Virus genome (UHGV): UHGV-0097682
DNA length: 16,064 nt
Strand: one strand, 5' to 3'
Source of the DNA: a virus
This document shows positions 8,312 through 15,777 of the stretch, one piece after another. Numbering within the stretch: position 1 is the first letter of the stretch; the number at the start of each line of letters is the position of its first letter. Below the pieces are notes generated by a model, which was given only the letters and a program-made list of their open reading frames with translations, was not told the origin of the DNA and did not search any database. The position numbers were made by a program, and so were the translations under genes.

Positions 8312-8729
8312 TATTGGCGTCCTGCATCATGAGAAATACAATCATGGCGGCGCGGAGTGGAGATTCACCGCAGAAGTAGTAGCCAGGAATATTTTCCCAT
8401 TCCCAACAACCTTCCTCTAAATCACCTCCTGACCATGCGCACCATTCTTTTTCCGCTGTCATCCACATAGTGCTGATTTTGCTTTCAGTGATAATTGGCC
8501 ACGCGTATTCAGGATTATTGCAAGGATTGAAGCAATTTCCGTTTGAAGAACGGAAGCCATTAATATCCCTTTTTTGCGTCTGCCAAATAGGACCTCTTTC
8601 GTCAGTGGGGATCTCAGAATCGAAGTCTGCTTCGTCATCAGGTATGAAGAAATGCTCCTCCATATCTAAAGCCTCACATACTCGTCTGTTAATTTCAAAA
8701 TCACTTAACTGTGAATAATCCATTGTCAT
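8304..8729 (-). CDS. Hypothetical acidic, Trp/Cys-rich nin-region protein, about 141 aa
   Basis: Track ORF 8304-8765. The probable start is the ATG at 8727-8729 ([16 protein letters not shown]...), which overlaps the NinE stop (ATGA). Confidence 0.55.
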   Translation of the reverse strand: MTMDYSQLSDFEINRRVCEALDMEEHFFIPDDEADFDSEIPTDERGPIWQTQKRDINGFRSSNGNCFNPCNNPEYAWPIITESKISTMWMTAEKEWCAWSGGDLEEGCWEWENIPGYYFCGESPLRAAMIVFLMMQDANNA

Positions 8730-8902
8730 TTCCTCGCACGATGTCTTAGCAACCGGATATCCCACAGGTGAGCCGTGTAGTTGAAGGTTTTTACGTCAGA
8801 TTCTTTTGGGATTGGCTTGCGTTTATTTCTGGTGCGTTTCGTTGGAAGGTATTTGCAGTTTTCGCAGATGATGTCGGTGATACTTCGTCGCTGTCGCCTC
8901 AT
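8726..8902 (-). CDS. ninE: NinE-like protein, 58 aa
   Basis: Internal start of track ORF 8726-8947. [50 protein letters not shown]... matches lambda NinE by recollection. Its ATG overlaps the NinB stop. Confidence 0.7.
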   Translation of the reverse strand: MRRQRRSITDIICENCKYLPTKRTRNKRKPIPKESDVKTFNYTAHLWDIRLLRHRARK

Positions 8903-9309
8903 TCGTACCTCCTGTCGGTAAATCTGACACCCTGACCAATAGCCCATGCTGTTGTGTACTCGATCAGACTTGCCATACGCTTCACACTCATCTGCGCGCT
9001 GCTTTCGCGAATGTTGACGTATTCGCCTTCAAGCCCGGGCAAAACATCAGCTTCCTGTTTTGTTGCCACTGCATGACCGCTGATCAACAAAACCTTCCAT
9101 TGTTCTGGTTTTAACCATTTATCGCGCCACTGAACTTGCCTAGCGATATCTGCGACCATCGCGTGAAATTTTGCGTTCTGGTCAAGGTTGCGCTTGTAGT
9201 CAGTAATGCGGATGGTGACTGGCTTGTCTTTATCGAGTGGTGTTGCGAGGATGGCATTTATTGCAGCTTGCTGTTGTTGCTTAGTTCGGAGGAAGATTGT
9301 TTGCTTCAC
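8899..9309 (-). CDS. ninB: NinB-family recombination protein (Orf-like), 136 aa
   Basis: Track [24 protein letters not shown]...[21 protein letters not shown]... resembles lambda NinB (LDQNRKLWA..VSRQVEW) and occupies the same position. Confidence 0.8.
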   Translation of the reverse strand: MKQTIFLRTKQQQQAAINAILATPLDKDKPVTIRITDYKRNLDQNAKFHAMVADIARQVQWRDKWLKPEQWKVLLISGHAVATKQEADVLPGLEGEYVNIRESSAQMSVKRMASLIEYTTAWAIGQGVRFTDRRYE

Positions 9310-9320
9310 TGAATACTCCT

Positions 9321-9512
9321 TTATTTTTTATGCCTGTAACCCCATTCTTCCAGCAACCTTGCGGCGTACCACCCAAGAAACAAAGGAAAGAACATTACAA
9401 TGAGATATTTCCCGCCACGGTCAATGTTCGAAATTGACCAGATTACGATGTAACCAGTGCAGGACAGGAATATTACAAACCCCAAAAAGCTACTTCGTCG
9501 ACTCATGCTCAC
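9321..9512 (-). CDS. Small predicted membrane protein, 63 aa (two hydrophobic segments)
   Basis: Track ORF MSMSRRSSFLGFVIFLSCTGYIVIWSIS...YLIVMFFPLFLGWYAARLL. Its start overlaps the upstream gene's stop (ATGA). Confidence 0.45.
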   Translation of the reverse strand: MSMSRRSSFLGFVIFLSCTGYIVIWSISNIDRGGKYLIVMFFPLFLGWYAARLLEEWGYRHKK

Positions 9513-9925
9513 TCCTTCACTTTGATTCCAGCGGCGCGGATAGCCTCTACATCGCTTTCGTATTGCGATTCTGCACCTGAGTCATAGCCAATGTGATAAT
9601 CACCGGGAAGTGGGCCTTTCTTTGGCTTTTGCAGCTCAATTTCAATAGCTGCTCTCGATGCCTGCCACGTTTGCCAGTGGCCTTGAACATCGTCCATCAC
9701 GTATTGACCACCAATATCACCACTGCCAATTTCATGGTGATTTTCAGGGTAACGGATAAGGTCTGAAGATTCGCCCCCACGTCGTAACCAACTCTCTTCA
9801 AACTGGCATCTGCTTTCGTCATCTTTCATAAGGCAGTCACATTCAATAAAAATCGGCTCTCCCCAAGGAGTAGAACCTCCGCTATCACACATTCCTGTGT
9901 TATTGCACTTTTGGCACTTGCTCAC
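9509..9925 (-). CDS. Hypothetical protein with N-terminal Cys cluster, 138 aa
   Basis: Track ORF MSKCQKCNNTGMCDSGG...IECDCLMKDDESRCQ... has a CxxC...C...CxC pattern suggesting a small metal-binding domain. No family recognised. Confidence 0.5.
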   Translation of the reverse strand: MSKCQKCNNTGMCDSGGSTPWGEPIFIECDCLMKDDESRCQFEESWLRRGGESSDLIRYPENHHEIGSGDIGGQYVMDDVQGHWQTWQASRAAIEIELQKPKKGPLPGDYHIGYDSGAESQYESDVEAIRAAGIKVKE

Positions 9926-9937
9926 ATTAACCTCCGA

Positions 9938-10144
9938 TTAACTCACAAAACGCCACGCCACTTTTGCTACGACAACAGGCATAACACCGATAATCACCCA
10001 CAGAAAAATGCTACCGAAAAGCACACCAACCAGGTCTTTACCTTCGCCTACCAACCGGACAAAACTGCTGGCAACCACAATGAACGTCGCCACCATCCAC
10101 ATAGCACCGAGAATCCTCAATGCAGAAAAAATCAACTCAACCAC
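9938..10144 (-). CDS. Small predicted membrane protein, 68 aa (GTG start in track)
   Basis: Track ORF. It is almost entirely hydrophobic with two predicted TM helices. Confidence 0.4.
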   Translation of the reverse strand: MVELIFSALRILGAMWMVATFIVVASSFVRLVGEGKDLVGVLFGSIFLWVIIGVMPVVVAKVAWRFVS

Positions 10145-10220
10145 GATTTACCCTCCCCCAAATAAAAAGGCCTGCGATTACCAGCAGGCCTGTTACAAGC
10201 TCAGTGATGTAGATGGTCAT
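10137..10220 (-). CDS. Possible 27-aa hydrophobic peptide coupled to the helicase stop
   Basis: Hand translation gives MTIYITELVTGLLVIAGLFIWGRVNRG. Its ATG (10218-10220) overlaps the helicase stop (ATGA). Not in the track because of length. Confidence 0.25.
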   Translation of the reverse strand: MTIYITELVTGLLVIAGLFIWGRVNRG

Positions 10221-11671
10221 CAGAATCCTCCTTTCTTCTTGGACTGCGATTCCTCGCGTTCACGGCGGCGCATTTCAGCAGACTGTTGGTCTGTGTCATA
10301 AATAGCGCCATTTGCCTGAATGCAATACACCGTGCCGGTATTGCCATGACGATTGAGACGAAGGATTAGTTCGGTTTCACCAGGTGGAACACTGTCATCA
10401 AAAGCACCTTCACGATGGATCCCCACCCAATAATCGCAATCCTGTTCAATCTGCCCTGTATCTCGTGAGTCACTTGGTAATGGGCGTTTATTGGTTCGGC
10501 TTTCCAGTGCGCGGTTAAGCTGTGTCAGAAGCACAACAACGCAATCAAGCTCTTTGGCAAGGTTCTTCAGTCCTTTGGTGATCATGCCGTAAGCAAGGTC
10601 GTTGCGATCGGCCTTCTCAGCGGTCATTAGTGTCAGGTAATCGACCAGAATCATGCCAACACATCCTTTTTCTCGCTTGATTCGACGGCTTTCGCTGACG
10701 ATTTGAGCCAGAGATAATCCCGGCGTGTCGTCGATGTAAAGCAGGTCGATTTCACTCAAGCGATTGGCTGTTTCGATCGCCCTGTTGAAGTCACCATCGT
10801 AATCACCCTGATAGCCGTCATCAGCGTCATTTGTCGCCGGAAGGTAAAAAATATTCGGGTTAACACCTGACTTCTGTCCTACCAGTTTTTCCAGTATCTG
10901 GTCACCGGGCATTTCAAGGCTGAACATCAGAGCGGGCTTTTTCTCATGCACTGCGCAGTTGATTGCCATCTGGCTGTATAGCGTCGTTTTCCCCATCTTA
11001 GGGCGAGCGCCAATGACAAACAGAGAGCCTTTCACCAGGCCTTTCGGTGACAGCATCCTGTCCAGCGATGGGATCCCTGTGCTCATTCCTCGTTGTTCGC
11101 CTGACGGGTCAAATCGCTTCTCAAGGTCGCTAACCCAGTCTTCCATGACCTCACCAAATGAGCGAAGGCCGCGACGCGATCCGGTTTTTGCATGGTCTGT
11201 CAGTTGCGTGAAAATCGACTGAATAGCTTCGTACTTCTGCGTTGCAGTCATTCCGTTGCGGGAATAGAGCAATTCCGTCGCTTCAGTCATGCGGTTGATG
11301 GCGTAGCGTTCCATTGCGGTTTCACGAACCTGCATTGCATAGGCAACGATGTTTGCTGCGCTTGGCGTGTTCTTTGCGATCTCAGCGATATAAGCAAAAC
11401 CGCCAACAGACACCGTTAACGATTTACGCTCCAGTTCATCGAAAAGCGTCAGGCCATCTACTGGCTTTTGCTCACGGTGCATTCTGGTTATTTCTTCGAA
11501 AATGATTTTGTGTGGTCGGCTGTAAAATGAATCAGGCTTCAGCATCGCCAGGACTTTCTGGACGCGCTCACTGCTGTCATCATCCAGAAGCAATCCACCA
11601 ATCACCGCCTGCTCTGCCTCGATACTATGGGGCGGCGCATAAAAATTATCGGTCATCGTGTTCACCCTCAC
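10220..11671 (-). CDS. Replicative DNA helicase, DnaB family (P22 gene 12-type)
   Basis: Track ORF of 483 aa with Walker A GARPKMGKTT and DnaB-like motifs (DNA-binding N-terminus, RecA-like C-terminus). The track start is GTG; an in-frame ATG at 11654-11656 (MTDNFYAPP...) is the more likely start. Confidence 0.9.
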   Translation of the reverse strand: MRVNTMTDNFYAPPHSIEAEQAVIGGLLLDDDSSERVQKVLAMLKPDSFYSRPHKIIFEEITRMHREQKPVDGLTLFDELERKSLTVSVGGFAYIAEIAKNTPSAANIVAYAMQVRETAMERYAINRMTEATELLYSRNGMTATQKYEAIQSIFTQLTDHAKTGSRRGLRSFGEVMEDWVSDLEKRFDPSGEQRGMSTGIPSLDRMLSPKGLVKGSLFVIGARPKMGKTTLYSQMAINCAVHEKKPALMFSLEMPGDQILEKLVGQKSGVNPNIFYLPATNDADDGYQGDYDGDFNRAIETANRLSEIDLLYIDDTPGLSLAQIVSESRRIKREKGCVGMILVDYLTLMTAEKADRNDLAYGMITKGLKNLAKELDCVVVLLTQLNRALESRTNKRPLPSDSRDTGQIEQDCDYWVGIHREGAFDDSVPPGETELILRLNRHGNTGTVYCIQANGAIYDTDQQSAEMRRREREESQSKKKGGF

Positions 11672-12545
11672 GAACTTTCAGGTAGGTATTATCGTTAAGC
11701 AGGAAATCAAATCCCTTTTTGTGCCAGACGGTTCCGCGTTGATGGTTTGGGCGCTCTTCGAACATCCATCGGCAATTTTCGCCTACGTAGCTCAAATAAT
11801 TTCTCCAGTCCTGCATCGTGAACCCATGCCCGTCAAGCTGGCGGGTTATCACTCCGGCTTTGCGCCAGAACGTTCGGATCTGGTTTTTACGCTTGTCATT
11901 CAGTGCGCGGATTCTTGGCGCTTCAGGAAGGATTTCGTGGTAAGCATCGACAACATCCTGACAGCTAACGGAAGGTTTTTTCTTGTCAGACTTTTTGTCT
12001 GCTGCGGTACTCTCTAATACGTCAGTATTAGAGATAATATTATTATATTCTTTATCTGTGGTAATTTGCTGGTAATCTGCTGGTACAGTATTGCTTGCAG
12101 GCATTGGTATTGCTGGCTTTGAGGTGGTAATTTGCTGGTAATCTGCTGGTACAAAATTTGACTGATAATCGTCATATTTCTCTACCGAGAAAACTGAGAA
12201 TTTACCGTGTGAAACCCAGTCAATCATGCCGAGTTTTTTGAACTTTCTAAGCAGGTACTGAACGCGATCTGGTTTGAGTCCTGTTTCAAACGCCAGAGAG
12301 TTTCTACCGCCAAGTAGCTTCCCTCTGCCTACCAGAATTTCTCCTGCGTCAGTCATTACATACTCAGGCGTATGCTTTGCTTTGAGGATTAAGTGAACCC
12401 ACAGATGCGCTGCTTCTGCGTCCTTGTAAAACGGCACATCCATAATTTTACGGTGCAGCAAGGCATACCCCTTACCGCTGCTTTGATGCGGTTGTTGTAG
12501 CCTTCTGGCCTCTCTGGCTTCGGCTAGATTAGATATGTTACTCAT
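11646..12545 (-). CDS. Replication initiator (lambda O-analogous); origin iterons embedded in the coding sequence
   Basis: Track ORF of 299 aa directly upstream of the helicase and downstream of cII. It contains an internal repeated peptide ([10 protein letters not shown] twice, 22 aa apart) encoded by DNA direct repeats. Confidence 0.8.
   Translation of the reverse strand: MSNISNLAEAREARRLQQPHQSSGKGYALLHRKIMDVPFYKDAEAAHLWVHLILKAKHTPEYVMTDAGEILVGRGKLLGGRNSLAFETGLKPDRVQYLLRKFKKLGMIDWVSHGKFSVFSVEKYDDYQSNFVPADYQQITTSKPAIPMPASNTVPADYQQITTDKEYNNIISNTDVLESTAADKKSDKKKPSVSCQDVVDAYHEILPEAPRIRALNDKRKNQIRTFWRKAGVITRQLDGHGFTMQDWRNYLSYVGENCRWMFEERPNHQRGTVWHKKGFDFLLNDNTYLKVREGEHDDR
12058..12153. repeat. 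ori: Putative replication origin: two 30-bp direct repeats (66-bp period), each made of 11-bp iterons tggtaatNtgc, flanked by AT-rich DNA
   Basis: gtggtaatttgctggtaatctgctggtaca occurs at 12058-12087 and again at 12124-12153, with a degenerate copy (tggtattgctgg) between. AT-rich stretches lie at 12019-12056 and 12154-12180. Confidence 0.6.
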
Positions 12546-12684
12546 GACCTTTCTCCTTCTGCATCAGCTTCACTTTTTCCAACTCAGCCCGGAATCGACC
12601 AGGCTGCTTGAAGCTGGACAGGAAGCGATCACGTAGTATGTGTTTGTGAATTTTGTCCTGGTAAGGACTGAGTTGTTTTGTCAT
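12538..12684 (-). CDS. Possible small ORF (48 aa) between cII and the initiator gene
   Basis: Hand translation gives [48 protein letters not shown]. Its stop overlaps the initiator ATG. No homolog recognised. Confidence 0.35.
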   Translation of the reverse strand: MTKQLSPYQDKIHKHILRDRFLSSFKQPGRFRAELEKVKLMQKEKGHE

Positions 12685-12716
12685 AATGACTCCTGTGGAT
12701 TGATCCAGTAATTCCC

Positions 12717-13013
12717 TCAGAATTGCATATCAATTTGCTTAAAATCCTCGGTGGCGGCCGGGGATTTTTTCTTTGTGATTTCATCAAGCGCATACTTAAA
12801 AGCCCTGCTAATCGGACTGATGTCTGATGCCATTCCGAAAGCACACAAGACCGAAGCAATAAATCTCCAGTCCGTTCTGCTTATCTTCGATTCATGACAG
12901 CCAATCATCTTTGCCAGACCGCGCTGGGTAATAGCTGACAGATTGATAAGTAAATCTGTTTCTGCGCGATCAACGTCACGCTGTGATAGTTTGCTGTAAC
13001 TTGTTCTTTCCAT
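12717..13013 (-). CDS. cII: cII-like transcriptional activator, 98 aa
   Basis: Track ORF. It is the same length as lambda CII and shares its C-terminal tail ([18 protein letters not shown] here, NKKRPAATERSEQIQMEF in lambda), plus an HTH segment ([14 protein letters not shown]). It sits between cro/nutR and the replication genes. Confidence 0.85.
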   Translation of the reverse strand: MERTSYSKLSQRDVDRAETDLLINLSAITQRGLAKMIGCHESKISRTDWRFIASVLCAFGMASDISPISRAFKYALDEITKKKSPAATEDFKQIDMQF

Positions 13014-13098
13014 TTCTTAAGATTTCCAATAGTGAATAGTTAGTTGAAAGGTATGCGTGGAAACGCATATGGCCTTAGTTGGTCAGATATCTTGGAAC

Positions 13099-13144
13099 TC
13101 GCTTTTCAGCGACGTAGGACGAATGTCCGTTGTTACAAAGAGCG
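13099..13144 (-). promoter_or_regulatory. nutR: nutR (boxA + boxB) N-utilisation site
   Basis: Minus strand has boxA CGCTCTTTGTAACAA, a 17-nt spacer, then boxB hairpin TCGCT-GAAA-AGCGA (5-bp stem, GAAA loop). It lies between the cro stop and cII. Confidence 0.55.
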
Positions 13145-13154
13145 GATCCGCTTA

Positions 13155-13370
13155 TTAAGCGGCTTTGTGTTCCGGCGGGAACACGTCATCAAGACTGACT
13201 TTTGCGCCTAACTTGTTTAGGCACGCAACAAGAGCACGGCATGTTTTAAGGTCTGGGAAGCGACGACCAGATTCCCAATGTCCGATAGCTCCCTGTGTGC
13301 ATCCAACTGCCTTAGCAAGTGTTGTTTGAGAGATATTCAGTGACTCTCGATATTTTCGTAGGTTGCTCAT
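13155..13370 (-). CDS. cro: Cro-like repressor (HTH), 71 aa
   Basis: Internal start of track ORF 13155-13541: MSNLRKYRESLNISQTTLAKAVGCTQGAIGHWESGRRFP... The ATG at 13368-13370 is preceded by GGAGGG. The HTH recognition helix (TQGAIGHW) is paralogous to the cI one (TQGGIGHW). It is divergent from cI. Confidence 0.8.
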   Translation of the reverse strand: MSNLRKYRESLNISQTTLAKAVGCTQGAIGHWESGRRFPDLKTCRALVACLNKLGAKVSLDDVFPPEHKAA

Positions 13371-13487
13371 ATGCCCTCCATAGTAAACACGAATAAAAAA
13401 ATACAATATGTACTTTGCGAATACAAGTAAAAATACATATTGTGCATGGATGGTTCCAGTACAGAGCGTAATAATAAGGACATGAAA
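13371..13487. promoter_or_regulatory. OR operator / pR-pRM divergent promoter region
   Basis: Intergenic region between divergent cro and cI. Imperfect palindromic sites of the form TACA-N3-TGTA occur at 13402-13412 (tacaatatgta) and 13434-13444 (tacatattgtg), with a weaker candidate between them. Confidence 0.6.
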
Positions 13488-14138
13488 ATGAAATGGTATG
13501 AACTGGCTAGATCCAGAATGAAAGAGCTCGGCATAACTCAAGAGAAGTTAGCCGAAGAGCTAGGTATGACGCAGGGTGGGATTGGACACTGGTTGCGCGG
13601 ATCTCGTCATCCATCTCTTAGTGATATTGGTGTGGTGTTTAAATACCTTGGTATTGATAACATATCATTCAACCACGACGGGACATTTTCACCTGTTGGC
13701 GAATACTCATCGGCCCCAGTTAAAAAACAATATGAGTACCCTGTTTTTTCTCATGTTCAGGCTGGGATGTTCTCTCCAGAACTCAGAACCTTTACCAAAG
13801 GCGATGCGGAGAGATTGGTAAGCACAACCAAAAAAGCCAGTGACTCTGCATTCTGGCTTGAGGTTGAAGGTAACTCAATGACCGCACCAACAGGTTCCAA
13901 ACCCAGCTTTCCTGACGGGATGTTAATTCTGGTTGACCCTGAGCAAGCTGTTGAGCCCGGCGATTTCTGCATAGCCAGACTTGGTGGTGATGAATTTACC
14001 TTCAAGAAACTGATCAGGGATAGCGGTCAGGTGTTTCTACAGCCACTAAACCCACAATACCCAATCCCATGCAATGAGAGTTGTTCCGTTGTGGGGAAAG
14101 TTATCGCCAGCCAATGGCCTGAAGAGACGTTTGGGTGA
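13488..14138 (+). CDS. cI: CI repressor: N-terminal HTH domain of non-lambda specificity fused to a lambda-type C-terminal autocleavage/dimerisation domain (S24-like)
   Basis: Track ORF 13440-14138. The likely start is the ATG at 13488 (MKWYELARS...), with aagga 8 nt upstream; the ATG at 13482 is an alternative. The C-terminal ~130 aa match lambda CI by recollection, including the Ala-Gly cleavage site (VQAGMF), the catalytic Ser (GNSMT) and Lys (FTFKKL). The N-terminal domain differs from lambda. Confidence 0.9.
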   Translation: MKWYELARSRMKELGITQEKLAEELGMTQGGIGHWLRGSRHPSLSDIGVVFKYLGIDNISFNHDGTFSPVGEYSSAPVKKQYEYPVFSHVQAGMFSPELRTFTKGDAERLVSTTKKASDSAFWLEVEGNSMTAPTGSKPSFPDGMLILVDPEQAVEPGDFCIARLGGDEFTFKKLIRDSGQVFLQPLNPQYPIPCNESCSVVGKVIASQWPEETFG

Positions 14139-14177
14139 TGAAACCACTTTTATCTACAATTTACAGGGCGGTAAACA

Positions 14178-14735
14178 TTGGCAAAAATAGATGATTATCA
14201 GCCAAGCCAAGTAGAAGTTGATAAAGTACTTTATTGTAAAAAAATAGTTAACTTTTCTGGCGTTAAATGGAAACAGAAACCAAGTCGCTCTGATATGTGG
14301 CTACAAGCCCATATCATCCCCTTGGATGAGGATTGTATACCTATACAAGGGCTAAAGTTTGAACTGAAATGGAAACCAGATCAGGATTCAGAACCTGATG
14401 ACCCGATTTCTTACCCTAAAATAAATATTATTGCTTTCTATCATAACAAGAGGGTTTTCGCGGTAGATACCTATCACTTTGACAAACACACGAATAGTTA
14501 CAAGGTCGATCATCCGAAGTACCAAGATATCATTTACGGTGCTCACTACCATGTATACTATGAAGAAGCTGGATACTATAGTGATAGAATAGCGTTTCCA
14601 ATCGAAGATGACATAAACCCAGATGACCTGGTAGGGTATTGGAATTACTTCTGTAAACATCTGAACATAACTTACTCTGGGAGAATACCTTTACCGCTTG
14701 AAGATGAGTCGGGGCAAATGGGGTTTGGAATATGA
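14178..14735 (+). CDS. Hypothetical protein, 185 aa, His/Tyr/Asp-rich; first gene of the AT-rich operon downstream of cI (rexA position)
   Basis: Track ORF with a TTG start; the first in-frame ATG is at codon 40. There are no TM segments and no Walker motif. Codon usage is visibly AT-rich compared with cI. Its stop overlaps the next gene's ATG (ATGA). Confidence 0.6.
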   Translation: MAKIDDYQPSQVEVDKVLYCKKIVNFSGVKWKQKPSRSDMWLQAHIIPLDEDCIPIQGLKFELKWKPDQDSEPDDPISYPKINIIAFYHNKRVFAVDTYHFDKHTNSYKVDHPKYQDIIYGAHYHVYYEEAGYYSDRIAFPIEDDINPDDLVGYWNYFCKHLNITYSGRIPLPLEDESGQMGFGI

Positions 14736-15484
14736 TGTGCTCAACAGTGATCTCACAACTAGGTTTCGAATGCCATCCAATAGGCAAGACCTTGAGAATT
14801 ATCAGTCCATTCACTTACTGTGATGATGGAGAGCATGTCGGTGCCTTTATCCGTGAAGTCAATGGTAGGTATTTAGTTAGTGACAGATGCGATGCCTTAA
14901 TGAATATGGAGGCAAGAGGGATCTCGCTTACCAAAAAACGACTTGATGAGATACGACAATTACTGCTTAAAGAAGGCGCAGAACTCAATGCTCGAGGAGA
15001 AATCATTGCTTGGGCAACAGAAAAGGATGTCGGTGCGATTACATCGAACATAATTAGAGCTGGTATACTCGCATCAACTTTGTCGTTAGACTGGTATCAG
15101 CCAGTTCAAGCTGAAAAGTTTGAAAGTATGGTTATTGATTATCTATATCACACAGAGCTTAGAGACGCACTTTCTCTTCGTGAAAACGTATATGGCTTGA
15201 GTGGACATCAAATTACCGTCCCTGTAACAATAAAAACCGACATACCTAAATACGTTTTTACATCAAGCGTGAAACACGGAGGAAGCTGGAATAGTGCTTA
15301 CTCATTGCTTGGGAAACTAATTGATCTTAAAGCTTCAAGTGAGGAGTATAACAACAGATTTGTTGTTATAGACAGCGAAGCAATTGGTGATCAAATGCAA
15401 CAACTCTCCTTACTCTTCCATGAATCAAGCCAAGTTCTACCATTCTCCAAAAGAGAGACTTGGGTTAAGAGACTTGCAGCATAA
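14732..15484 (+). CDS. Hypothetical protein, 250 aa; second gene of the cI-downstream operon (rexB position, but not RexB-like)
   Basis: Track ORF MMCSTVISQLGFECHPIGKTLRIISPFTY... appears soluble and has no recognisable catalytic motif by eye. It is followed by a terminator. Confidence 0.65.
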   Translation: MMCSTVISQLGFECHPIGKTLRIISPFTYCDDGEHVGAFIREVNGRYLVSDRCDALMNMEARGISLTKKRLDEIRQLLLKEGAELNARGEIIAWATEKDVGAITSNIIRAGILASTLSLDWYQPVQAEKFESMVIDYLYHTELRDALSLRENVYGLSGHQITVPVTIKTDIPKYVFTSSVKHGGSWNSAYSLLGKLIDLKASSEEYNNRFVVIDSEAIGDQMQQLSLLFHESSQVLPFSKRETWVKRLAA

Positions 15485-15489
15485 TACAA

Positions 15490-15515
15490 CCCGGCCTCAG
15501 CGCCGGGTTTTCTTT
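15490..15515 (+). terminator. Rho-independent terminator ending the cI operon (tImm-like)
   Basis: Stem cccggc / gccggg with a 6-nt loop, followed by ttttctttg, 6 nt after the stop of the 250-aa gene. Confidence 0.55.
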
Positions 15516-15702
15516 GCCTCACGTTCGCCCACCTAAAAACACATAACCAATTATATTTATTGAAAAATAAATAGATGCAACCCACTAAACCACGCAATTC
15601 TGATCTCTCCTTACATCGCCGAGGCAATACATCCACGCTAAAAAACAACACTATTAAATACAAAGCGTTATAAAAAACCACGCCAACTTACAACAAATTA
15701 TA

Positions 15703-15731
15703 TTGATCTTGTAAAGTACATATCGTACTAT
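15703..15731 (+). promoter_or_regulatory. Putative pL promoter with overlapping OL operator
   Basis: TTGATC (-35, 15703-15708), a 17-nt spacer and TACTAT (-10, 15726-15731). The operator-like palindrome tacatatcgta (15717-15727) overlaps the -10. The orientation and distance to nutL and N fit the lambda layout. Confidence 0.45.
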
Positions 15732-15777
15732 TTAACCGTCAGCAGGACGCTGGAAGCCAAATGGAACAGACTGGCAG

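Noticed and set aside
7455-8718. Plus-strand ORFs 7455-7649, 7559-7864, 8062-8247 and 8470-8718
   Set aside because: Antisense to the tightly coupled minus-strand nin operon.
9206-10301. Plus-strand ORFs 9206-9403, 9911-10165 and 10008-10301
   Set aside because: Antisense to NinB, the small membrane ORFs and the helicase 3' end; low-complexity His/Pro/Asn-rich translations.
10959-12017. Plus-strand ORFs inside the helicase and initiator genes (10959-11222, 11192-11419, 11314-11505, 11658-12017)
   Set aside because: Antisense to the long, well-supported replication genes.
12019-12180. Considered whether the direct repeats could be a short CRISPR array or a mobile-element terminal repeat
   Set aside because: Only two copies, no spacer-repeat regularity beyond the 66-bp period, embedded in a coding sequence and flanked by AT-rich DNA. 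An origin iteron array is the better explanation.
12629-12859. Minus-strand 76-aa ORF overlapping cII in another frame
   Set aside because: It overlaps the cII homolog and the small coupled ORF; Pro/Arg-rich composition suggests an out-of-frame artefact.
13371-13541. N-terminal extension of the cro ORF (track start at 13541)
   Set aside because: The extension runs through the operator/promoter region and is hydrophobic junk. The ATG at 13368-13370 with an upstream GGAGGG gives a 71-aa Cro of typical size.
13576-14005. ORFs 13576-13821 (+) and 13757-14005 (-) within cI
   Set aside because: Alternative-frame or antisense to the cI gene, whose C-terminal domain is lambda-like.
14388-15051. Minus-strand ORFs 14388-14660, 14530-14814 and 14815-15051 antisense to the cI-downstream operon
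   Set aside because: AT-rich DNA readily produces antisense ORFs. The sense-strand genes are coupled to each other and bounded by cI and a terminator; the antisense ORFs have no start context.
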